Of a stretch of DNA of 64,000 bases, positions 52,868-60,590 are shown piece after piece. Source of the DNA: Eubacteriales bacterium (GTDB taxonomy: Bacteria > Bacillota > Clostridia > Oscillospirales > CAG-382). How positions within the stretch are numbered: the first letter of the stretch is position 1; each line of letters begins with the position of its first letter. The stretch spans positions 1,556 through 65,555 of the forward strand of contig JAZKZH010000034.1 in assembly GCA_045612545.1 (NCBI GenBank), read 5' to 3'. A program made the position numbers and the translations under genes. The notes below the pieces were generated by a model. The model did not search any database and was not told the DNA's origin. It worked only from the letters and a program-made list of their open reading frames with translations.

Positions 52868-54064
52868 TCAATTCTTTTTTGTTTGCAAATCCTTGGTATG
52901 AACTGAAATGCGGACATAATCGTCGGCTTTTTCCCTACTCAAACAAACAACACTTTCCACATGGTTCGTATGGGGGAACATATCCACGGGCTGAATTTTC
53001 TTTACTCGATACCCGCCCTTGGAGAGGACGAAGAGATCTCTCGCCAAGGTTTCCGGGTTGCAGGAGACGTACACCACCCGCTTGGGGGCGAGGGCAAGGA
53101 GGGATTGCAAAAACTGCTTACTGCACCCGGCTCTGGGCGGGTCGGTAATGACCACGTCCACCTTTTCGCGGTGCTTGGCGGCTTCCTCCAGGAACTGTCC
53201 TGCATCGCGGCAGACAAAGCCTGCATTGTCGATATGGTTGCGGGAGGCGTTGGCCAAGGCATCCTCCACCGCCTGGGGGTTGGATTCCACCCCGATGACC
53301 TCCCTTGCGCTGTCTGCTAAGGTCAGCCCGATGGTGCCGGTGCCGCAATAGGCATCGATCACACGCTCTTTTCCCGTTAAGGCGGCGAATTCCTTCACCT
53401 TGCCGTACAAGATCTCCGTCTGCAGGGGGTTCACCTGATAGAAGGAGGCGGGGCTGATACAGAACTCCAGTCCGCAGAGGTAATCGGTAATGTACCCTTT
53501 TCCGAAGAGGATCTCGCTTTTTTGCCCTAAAAACACTGCCGTTTCCGTGGGATTCACGTTCCACACCAGAGTGGTGATCTCGGGGTGGGCGGCAAGAAGC
53601 CGTTCCGCAAAGTCCTTCTTTTGGGGAAATTTGTCGGATTTTGTCACGATCACTGCCATCACTTCCCCGCTGGTGCCGGAGCGGCGGAGCAGAAGAGTTC
53701 GCAGGTTGCCTTTGCCTGTGTCAAGGTCGTAGAGCTGAATGCCCAGCAGGGCGGCCAGCTTCAGAGCAGTGGAAGCGATCTTCCCCGCCGAGGCATCCTC
53801 CAAAAGACAATCCTCAATGGGAAGCACACGCTCCGTGGCGGATTGGTACAGCCCCTGCACGCCCTTTCCCCTTTGAAAGGAGAAGGCGCGGGTGGCCTTG
53901 TTGCGGTAGCGGTAAGGGGTCTCCATGCCGATGATCTCCTCCACGTGGCAGAGCTTCCCCACCAAGCGGATCACCTTGACCTGCTTGTGGGAGAGCTGTT
54001 GCTCGTAGGAAAGATTCTGCAGCTGACAGCCGCCGCATTTTTTTGCGTAAGGACAGTTGGACAT
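52868..54064 (-). CDS. RumA/TrmA-family RNA (uracil-5-)-methyltransferase without a TRAM domain
   Basis: Fe-S cysteine cluster CPYAKKCGGCQLQ, SAM motif VIDAYCGTGTIGL, and catalytic region RVVYVSCNPETLARD. Confidence 0.8.
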   Translation of the reverse strand: MSNCPYAKKCGGCQLQNLSYEQQLSHKQVKVIRLVGKLCHVEEIIGMETPYRYRNKATRAFSFQRGKGVQGLYQSATERVLPIEDCLLEDASAGKIASTALKLAALLGIQLYDLDTGKGNLRTLLLRRSGTSGEVMAVIVTKSDKFPQKKDFAERLLAAHPEITTLVWNVNPTETAVFLGQKSEILFGKGYITDYLCGLEFCISPASFYQVNPLQTEILYGKVKEFAALTGKERVIDAYCGTGTIGLTLADSAREVIGVESNPQAVEDALANASRNHIDNAGFVCRDAGQFLEEAAKHREKVDVVITDPPRAGCSKQFLQSLLALAPKRVVYVSCNPETLARDLFVLSKGGYRVKKIQPVDMFPHTNHVESVVCLSREKADDYVRISVHTKDLQTKKN

Positions 54065-54078
54065 AGATGCACCTCGCT

Positions 54079-54921
54079 TTATACCGTATATGTAGAATAA
54101 TTAAGCAATTTCTCAAAATAAGTGTAGGGGACGTGTTCCTTCCCCAGGGGAATATCCGGCTTCCGCGAGCCGTGGAAGTCGCTCCCGCCGGAGGGGAGCA
54201 GGTTGTACTTTTCGCAAATTGGGCGCACAAACTCCGCTTCTTCCTTGCTGTGTGCAGGGTGAAGCACCTCAACGGCCGCAAGACCGGCTTCCACAGCCAA
54301 GGGCAAGAATTCCTTCAGCTCTTCCCTGCTCAGATCCAGCAAGGGGTGCGCCAGCACGGGCACAGCACCAATGGACTTTAAAAAGGCGATGGCCTCCAAC
54401 GAAGGAATTCTTTTCACGGGAACGTAGTAGGGGCTTTCCTTGGCCAGCAGGGTGGCAAAGGCCTCTTTCACCGAGGAAACGTAGCCCTTTTCCGTCAGCT
54501 TTGCACCGATATGGGAGCGGTTGAACCTGCCCTTGGGGGTGAGACTTGCCACCTCTTCGAAGGTGATGTCATACCCGTCCTTTTGCAGGCGGGAAATCAG
54601 CTCGCGGTTGCTTTCCGCTTTCTTGTTTAGCAGTGCTTCCGTGTAGGCTTGTACCTCGGAGAGCCTTTCCTCAGGCAGGAACAGCCCCACAATGTGAAGC
54701 TCTGTTTCCCCGTAGTCGGTGGATAACTCCACCCCGGGGACGGTGCGGACAGAGCTTGTCTTCCCTGCTTGCAAAAAGGCGGGAAGTCCCTCTGCGGTGT
54801 TATGATCGCAGAGAGCAACGGCGGAAAGGCCGATACGCTCCGCTTCTTTTATGATCTCTTCGGGAGTGAAGGTTCCGTCGGAGAAAATTGAATGGGTGTG
54901 AAGATCACAGTAGGTTGACAT
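54079..54921 (-). CDS. PHP-domain metal-dependent phosphoesterase (TrpH/YciV-like)
   Basis: The N-terminus YCDLHTHSIFSDG is present, along with later His/Asp ligands (CDHNT, VLAHP, GGSDFHG). Confidence 0.8.
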   Translation of the reverse strand: MSTYCDLHTHSIFSDGTFTPEEIIKEAERIGLSAVALCDHNTAEGLPAFLQAGKTSSVRTVPGVELSTDYGETELHIVGLFLPEERLSEVQAYTEALLNKKAESNRELISRLQKDGYDITFEEVASLTPKGRFNRSHIGAKLTEKGYVSSVKEAFATLLAKESPYYVPVKRIPSLEAIAFLKSIGAVPVLAHPLLDLSREELKEFLPLAVEAGLAAVEVLHPAHSKEEAEFVRPICEKYNLLPSGGSDFHGSRKPDIPLGKEHVPYTYFEKLLNYSTYTV

Positions 54922-55236
54922 AATTCGTTTTTGTTGAGTGTGGATTTTTTGGGCCGCCGTGGACGTCGGCCCCTACGGACCCGAAATGGGGACGGCAGAA
55001 AGTACGGCATTTTCTCCCGCAAGCATTACGGTGAGAAAACGATTTGCGCCCATCTGATTACGTGGGAACACGGTACGATTTTGTGGACGATCTATGCGTA
55101 TTCGTAGGGGACGACGTCCACGGCGTCCCGCTTGAAAATCTAAGTATACTTAGGCTTTTTGTGAAAAATGCTCAAAATCCTCTGCCCGGCGGATCTTTAA
55201 TGCGGCAAGCAATTGTTTCGCGCGGACTCGTTTCAC

Positions 55237-55315
55237 GTGAAACATTTTCACGTGAAACGTTTTCACAGTGAAACATTTTCACAGTGAAACGTTTTCACAG
55301 TGAAACATTTTCTGC
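55237..55315. repeat. array 1: five tandem copies of GTGAAACRTTTTCAC(A)
   Basis: Copies start at 55237, 55252, 55268, 55284 and 55300. Position 8 alternates A,G,A,G,A. The array is preceded by the perfect palindrome GTTTCACGTGAAAC. Confidence 0.9.
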
Positions 55316-55676
55316 GTGATATAAACTCGGCGACGATCCTTGGACCACCCGTTTTTATTGCTCTTACTTCTTCGTTAAGTGGATTTTACGGGCCGCCGTG
55401 GGCGTCGGCCCCTACGGACCCGAAATGGGATTGTGGGAACCACGGCATTTTCTCCCGCAAGCATTACGGCGAGAAAACCGATTTGCGCCCATCTGATTAC
55501 GTGGGAACACGGTGCGATTTTGTGGACGCTATATGCGTATTCGTAGGGGACGACGTCCACGGCGGCCCGCTTGAAAATCTAAGTATACTTAAGCTTTTTT
55601 GTGAAAAATGCTCAAAATCCTCTGCCCCGCGGATCTTTAATGCGGCAAGCAATTGTTTCGCGCGGACTTGTTTCAC

Positions 55677-55752
55677 GTGAAACATTTTCACGTGAAACAT
55701 TTTCACAGTGAAACATTTTCACAGTGAAACATTTTCTTGTGAAACATTTTCG
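55677..55752. repeat. array 2: five tandem copies of GTGAAACATTTTCAC(A)
   Basis: Copies start at 55677, 55692, 55708, 55724 and 55739. The array is preceded by GTTTCACGTGAAAC. Confidence 0.9.
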
Positions 55753-55770
55753 TTTGGCTTGAGAAAATAT

Positions 55771-56020
55771 GAACCTCATCCGTCGCTCGACAAGTCTCGC
55801 GCCACCTTCCCCAAAGGGGAAGGCTAGGCTCCCTTCGGGAGCGGGCAATGGTTTGCTATAATTCATCGCCGAGACTTAAGGCACGAACGATTGAAATCAT
55901 TTGTGCGCACGCCATCGGCGTGCCTCGCCTTCCCCACCCGGGGAAGGGGGACCACAACGAGACGGAATGTGCGGCGTCTGTTCGCTTGGTTCTCTCTCGT
56001 AGTGGTGGATGAGGTTCCTA
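55771..56020. repeat. inverted GAACCTCATCC repeats enclosing GC hairpins (module F pair)
   Basis: GAACCTCATCC at 55771 and GGATGAGGTTC near 56010. Internal hairpins: CCTTCCCCAAAGGGGAAGG, GGCTCCCTTCGGGAGC, GCACGCCATCGGCGTGC, CCTTCCCCACCCGGGGAAGG. Related copies lie at 24183-24240, 31269-31288 and 52321-52340. Confidence 0.65.
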
Positions 56021-56070
56021 TCAAAAAAATTGAATTTTGTCCTACCTCAATCGCCTGTTTTCGTTGGATT

Positions 56071-57420
56071 TTACTTCTTCGTCAGACACACAACGGTTTC
56101 CACGTGCCCTGTTCTCGGGAACATATTATAGGGGGTTGCTTCCCCTATTTCGTAAGTATAGCTCAGTTTTTCACAATTTGCTGCTAAGGTTGCGGGGTTG
56201 CAGGAGATATAAACAATGCGTTTTGGGGCGATCTCCAGCAAGGTTTCGATGACCTCGTCGGAAAGGCCTTTTCTGGGTGGGTCAACCACAATTACATCGG
56301 GGTCGCCGAAGGCCTTTTTGCAGGCATCTACCCCCAAAGAAGCATCTCCGCAGACGAAAAGGGTGTCCTCTTCCCTTCTGCCGCCCAATTTTGCGTTGAT
56401 TTTGGCGTTTTCAATGGCTTCGGGAACGATTTCCACACCGCAAAGCTTTTGATTTTCCTTTACCATGGAAAGCCCGATGGTGCCGGCACCGCAGTATAGA
56501 TCCAGAAGAACGCCGTTTTCCGGAAGATCTGCCAGCTCAGCGGCTTTTTGATACAATGCCTCGGTGCATTCCGGGTTGACCTGATAAAACGCTGTTGGCG
56601 AGATCTGGAAGATTTTACCGCAGAGAGTATCTTGCAAAACCGATTCTCCTGCTAAATGCAGGGTTTCTTCGCCAAAAATCACGTTGTCACCCTTGGGATT
56701 TACGTTCAGTGCCACACCAACGACCTGAGGAAAGGTTTCTATCAGCTCTTCTGCCAATGCTTTTGCTTTGGAAAACGCCTTGGAGGCGGTGAAGCACACG
56801 AAAAACTCGCCTTTGCGGTTCTTACGCATGGCGATATGGCGGAGAATGCCCTTGCCGTTCTGCTCGTTCCACACGGGAATATGATGTTTCTCGGATTGTT
56901 TCACGTGAAACATTGCGATCTCTGAAAACTGATCCTCCTGCAGAGGGCATTTCTCATGCTCAACAATAGAATGGGTGTGTCGAGCATAGTATCCAAAGGT
57001 AGTATTTCCGTCCTTGTTGCGCCCAAGGGGGTAAACGACCTTATTGCGGTAATTTTCCATGGAAAAGGATACCGTATCCGCCACGGCAACGTCCAAGTGC
57101 CCGATTCTCTTGAAAGCGTTTTCCACTGTTTGCTTTTTGATCTGCAATTCTGCGGCAGGGGAGAGATGGCGGTAGACACAACCGCCGCATCGGTGGTAAA
57201 CGGGGCAATCCGCCTCTATACGCAGGGAAGAAGTGGAGACAAGCTCCTCCAGCCGCCCAACATAGTAATTCTTTGCGCATTTGATGATTTTTACAGTGGC
57301 AACGTCCCCGGGCGCTGTGAGAGGAACGAATACCACCTCGCCGGTTTCGGCACGTCCAACGCCGTTGCCATCGGGGTTGATATCGGTGATGGATAGAGTA
57401 ATGAGGTCATTTTTGTTCAT
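56071..57420 (-). CDS. rlmD: 23S rRNA (uracil-5-)-methyltransferase RlmD/RumA type (TRAM + Fe-S + SAM MTase)
   Basis: TRAM domain (ITDINPDGNGVGR...VFVPLTAPGDVATVKI), Cys cluster C...CGGC, LLDLYCGAGTIGL and RIVYISCNPATLA. Confidence 0.85.
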   Translation of the reverse strand: MNKNDLITLSITDINPDGNGVGRAETGEVVFVPLTAPGDVATVKIIKCAKNYYVGRLEELVSTSSLRIEADCPVYHRCGGCVYRHLSPAAELQIKKQTVENAFKRIGHLDVAVADTVSFSMENYRNKVVYPLGRNKDGNTTFGYYARHTHSIVEHEKCPLQEDQFSEIAMFHVKQSEKHHIPVWNEQNGKGILRHIAMRKNRKGEFFVCFTASKAFSKAKALAEELIETFPQVVGVALNVNPKGDNVIFGEETLHLAGESVLQDTLCGKIFQISPTAFYQVNPECTEALYQKAAELADLPENGVLLDLYCGAGTIGLSMVKENQKLCGVEIVPEAIENAKINAKLGGRREEDTLFVCGDASLGVDACKKAFGDPDVIVVDPPRKGLSDEVIETLLEIAPKRIVYISCNPATLAANCEKLSYTYEIGEATPYNMFPRTGHVETVVCLTKK

Positions 57421-58513
57421 TGGCGGGTTCCTCTTGGGTTACGATGGTTTCCGCAGCTTCTTCAGAGGGGAGAACATCTGTTTGGTTCGGGGATTCCTCC
57501 TCATTTCCTGCGGCAGGGGAGGGGATGGGTTCTTGATCGTCAAAAACAATGTCTCTTTTGCGCAGGCGGTAGTAGTCTGCCTGCTTGGTCAGTGCCTCCA
57601 AAAGAGGGGTCAGCAAGCCGCAGCAAAGCACGGCGTACAGCACACCGTCCATGCCCAGATAGTAGCGGAATAGGAAGGTCGCCACCGCCGCCAAAATACC
57701 GAAGAGCAGCTTGCCGCCCTTGGTTCTGGGGGTGATGGAAAGATCGTTCAGGGTGAGAGTCGCGCCCAGGGCTACACCGCCGCAAAGGAGATACATATAG
57801 CCGTATTCCACCATTTCCGTCTCCGCAGGGGAGAAGGCCATGGCAAGGGTTAACAGCGTGAGCAGGTAAGCGGTGGTGATATGCCATGTGGCCACCTTGC
57901 GGTAAAGCAGCCAGCCAAGGCCGAACAGCAGGCAGGCGATACCCACGGCACCCATGGCACCGGAGGCAAAGCCGTAGAATTGGGCAAAGGCACCATCCCC
58001 GTACATGGTGCCTCCCATAAGCACGTCAAAAGGGGTCTTCACTTGATAAGCGGAGACCAATTCGGGGTTTATTACCCATTCGAATGGGGAAAAGTAGGCA
58101 AATGGCTTGGTAAAGCGTGTCATTTCATATGGGTACATAAGTCCTAACGCCGCCGCCGCCAAAGCGGAGGGACATAGGATTCTGTGGCCGAACCACACGT
58201 ATAGCGCCCTTGCCACCGCTATGAAGCCGGAGGCGATCATAGGGTAGTAGAGAGGCACGGTGACGGGGAACCAAAGAGCTGCCAGCACACCGGTGAGGAA
58301 GGCAAAGGGGGAGCAGGATTCGCTCCAGCTTCTGCGCAGGATCAGCTTTTGAATGAGGAAATCCAGCACAAAGGAGCAACCGCCGCAGATCCCCGCCAGC
58401 ACAGCAGCGCGGCCGCCGTACAGAAACACTGCCCAAGCGGTGACGGGAAGCATGGCGATGAACAGATCAAACGCTAAGGCGTTTTTTGTTTTGGGAGAGG
58501 AAACGAACTTCAT
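57407..58513 (-). CDS. RnfD/NqrB-family membrane protein
   Basis: MKFVSSPKTKN... (compare the SSPH N-terminus of RnfD) and about 9 hydrophobic segments. The Glu/Pro-rich C-terminal tail overlaps the rlmD start by 14 nt. The ORF-track N-terminal extension is not used. Confidence 0.6.
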   Translation of the reverse strand: MKFVSSPKTKNALAFDLFIAMLPVTAWAVFLYGGRAAVLAGICGGCSFVLDFLIQKLILRRSWSESCSPFAFLTGVLAALWFPVTVPLYYPMIASGFIAVARALYVWFGHRILCPSALAAAALGLMYPYEMTRFTKPFAYFSPFEWVINPELVSAYQVKTPFDVLMGGTMYGDGAFAQFYGFASGAMGAVGIACLLFGLGWLLYRKVATWHITTAYLLTLLTLAMAFSPAETEMVEYGYMYLLCGGVALGATLTLNDLSITPRTKGGKLLFGILAAVATFLFRYYLGMDGVLYAVLCCGLLTPLLEALTKQADYYRLRKRDIVFDDQEPIPSPAAGNEEESPNQTDVLPSEEAAETIVTQEEPANEQK

Positions 58514-58535
58514 AAGAACAAATCCTTTCTGCCCG

Positions 58536-59774
58536 TTACTTGAGATTTTTGTGCCGCGCGATCTTCTCCCGCAGGGGAATGGCGGCAGGGCAGACGTATT
58601 CACAGCATCCGCAGCCGATGCAAACGGCGGCGAGGCGCTTTGCGGAAAGATAGCTTCTCTGGGTGAGGCTCTTGTAGGGCATAAGGCGCATGGGACAGCT
58701 TTCCGCACACCGTCCGCAGGAAATGCAGTGGGTGGAACCAACGTCCAAAGGCATGGAGGCAAATACTGCCTCGGCCTTGCCGTGGATAGCGCCCTCTGCC
58801 TGAGGGCCGCCCAAGGGAGAATTGACCATGGTGCGGTAAGCGCCGCCCTTGAATTCCGCCGCCTCCAACACCGTTTTCCAGGGGGTGCCTATGGGTAGGT
58901 CGATGACAGCATTTTTGCCGAAGCCCTCGCCGCAGGCGGTTACCGTGCGGGTGAGCTGGGGGAGGCCCGTGAGAAGGGAAACATACAGCTGTGCCAGGGT
59001 CTGTCCCTTTACAAACAGCACTCCTTCGGATTCGGCGGTGGTATCTTTTTTCAGATGGCGGACGTAAAGCGCCTCGTAGAGGGTTTCGTCCCGCATGGGG
59101 TATTTCACTTGAAATTCCGCCTGTACCAGCAGGGCGGGATCGTTGATCATGGTGGTGAAGGCTTCCTTCACCTTGGCTTTTTCCTTGTCAATGATCAAAA
59201 TGGTCTTGGAAGCTCCCAGCAGGTGCATCAAAACCTTGGCGCCGCCCAGAATTTCTCCCGGATGGCGGAGGGCGCTGCGGTATTCCGTAAAGGACCAGCC
59301 GGAATCATCGGTGGTATCCACCACCACACGGCGGATCTTGCCCACCAAGGGGGTGAGTCTGCGCCACAGCCAGTCACCGCTCCAAAGATCGTGGATGCCC
59401 AGGGTCTTGATAGAGCTTAAAAGCTCCTCCGAGGTCAGCTCCTCCAACCGTTTGCTTTCCGGCTCGCGGGCGGGGACGGGGGAGAGGTCTGCATCCTTTT
59501 TGTTGCGCTCCACGGAAAGGTAGTGCAAGCCGTTTTTTTCGAACACGCCGGTGACCACGCCGGGGATGGAGCTGTAAATGGGGGTGCCGTCGGCCAGCAG
59601 AGCCACTCTGCCACCCACGGGGATCTCCTCGTTTTCGCACACCGTGATGGTATATGCCTCCTCTGCGTCTCCCAAGGGCAACATGACCTGAGAAACGTTC
59701 TTCAGAATAAGGCTGTTTTTCAAAGCGTCGGTTCGAACGGGGAGGGAAACACCGCCCGTGAATGTCAAGACCAT
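58536..59774 (-). CDS. RnfC-like protein with two 4Fe-4S ferredoxin motifs
   Basis: The N-terminus FTGGVSLP resembles the RnfC barrel-sandwich domain. C-terminal CISCGRCAESCP and CIGCGCCEYVCP. The nucleotide-binding region looks degenerate (VVVDTTDDSGWSFTEYR where RnfC has GAECEPY). Confidence 0.6.
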   Translation of the reverse strand: MVLTFTGGVSLPVRTDALKNSLILKNVSQVMLPLGDAEEAYTITVCENEEIPVGGRVALLADGTPIYSSIPGVVTGVFEKNGLHYLSVERNKKDADLSPVPAREPESKRLEELTSEELLSSIKTLGIHDLWSGDWLWRRLTPLVGKIRRVVVDTTDDSGWSFTEYRSALRHPGEILGGAKVLMHLLGASKTILIIDKEKAKVKEAFTTMINDPALLVQAEFQVKYPMRDETLYEALYVRHLKKDTTAESEGVLFVKGQTLAQLYVSLLTGLPQLTRTVTACGEGFGKNAVIDLPIGTPWKTVLEAAEFKGGAYRTMVNSPLGGPQAEGAIHGKAEAVFASMPLDVGSTHCISCGRCAESCPMRLMPYKSLTQRSYLSAKRLAAVCIGCGCCEYVCPAAIPLREKIARHKNLK

Positions 59775-59880
59775 AAGCTCCTCCGAAAATACATACATGA
59801 ATTCATTATGATTATACCACAAAACGGAAAGATTTCAATAAGAAAATGTAAATAAAACCTTGTTCTGCAGGGGAAAACAC

Positions 59881-59909
59881 TTGCAAAAGGGTGAAAAATG
59901 TTTTATAAT
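59881..59909 (+). promoter_or_regulatory. sigma-A-type promoter
   Basis: TTGCAA (59881-59886), 17-nt spacer, TATAAT (59904-59909). This argues that the ORF start at 59898 is not used. Confidence 0.6.
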
Positions 59910-59951
59910 GTAAAATTGACGGGGTATCCCCCTGAAGAAGGAAGGGTTGTT

Positions 59952-60497
59952 ATGGACGAAAAAGCCATCCGCACACAAGCAAAAATCTTTATTTTATATA
60001 TTTTGGGCAACGTGGAGGAGCCGGTGGAGTTCACCGTGCTCAACGACATGATCCAGCAGGACGGGCTGGTGACCTATTTTGACTTTGCCGCTGCCTTCTC
60101 GGATTTGGTACTGCAAGAGCAGATCGCTGCCGTGGGCGAGGGTGAGGACGGGGAGGTTCTTTATACCGTGACCAAAGAGGGGCGGGACGTTCTGGATATG
60201 TACGGTCACGAGCTTCCCGCCGACGTACGGGACAGAGTGCTTCGCCACGCTCAGAGGGTGCTGGTTTCCAAGCGCCGCGGGGTGAAGTATCACAGCACCG
60301 TTGCCCCCACGGGGACGGGCTGGACGGTGACCTGCACCATCAGTGATCGGAACAAGACCTTGTTTTCCACCTCCGTGTACGCCGCTACCCATGAGTATGC
60401 GGAAAAGCTGCGGGAGACCTTTGAGGATCGTTCGGATATTATCTACCGCGGGGTAATGACCCTGTTCTCCGGGGACGTGAATTTTATTTTTGAATAA
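59952..60497 (+). CDS. DUF4364-like protein (PadR-like winged-helix N-terminus)
   Basis: AKIFILYILGNVEEPVEFTVLNDMIQQDGLVTYFDFAAAFSDLV resembles the Clostridial DUF4364 family. Assignment is from memory only. Confidence 0.4.
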   Translation: MDEKAIRTQAKIFILYILGNVEEPVEFTVLNDMIQQDGLVTYFDFAAAFSDLVLQEQIAAVGEGEDGEVLYTVTKEGRDVLDMYGHELPADVRDRVLRHAQRVLVSKRRGVKYHSTVAPTGTGWTVTCTISDRNKTLFSTSVYAATHEYAEKLRETFEDRSDIIYRGVMTLFSGDVNFIFE

Positions 60498-60590
60498 TCA
60501 AGTCGGTGCGTAGCTATGTTTGAAGGATTGCTTTATGAATCAAAACAGCTACGTTTACATCCTCTTTAACGATTTACAGGAGCCGTACGT

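Larger units (their letters stand above)
54951..55752. repeat. two tandem 439-bp units, each = REP doublet + spacer + 16-bp repeat array
   Basis: REP starts at 54951 and 55390, and at 55101 and 55540, both pairs offset by exactly 439 nt. The units align at well over 90 % identity by eye. Confidence 0.85.

Noticed and set aside
55237-55752. A possible CRISPR array
   Set aside because: The repeats are only 15-16 bp and directly abut each other with no spacers. There are no cas genes in the window.
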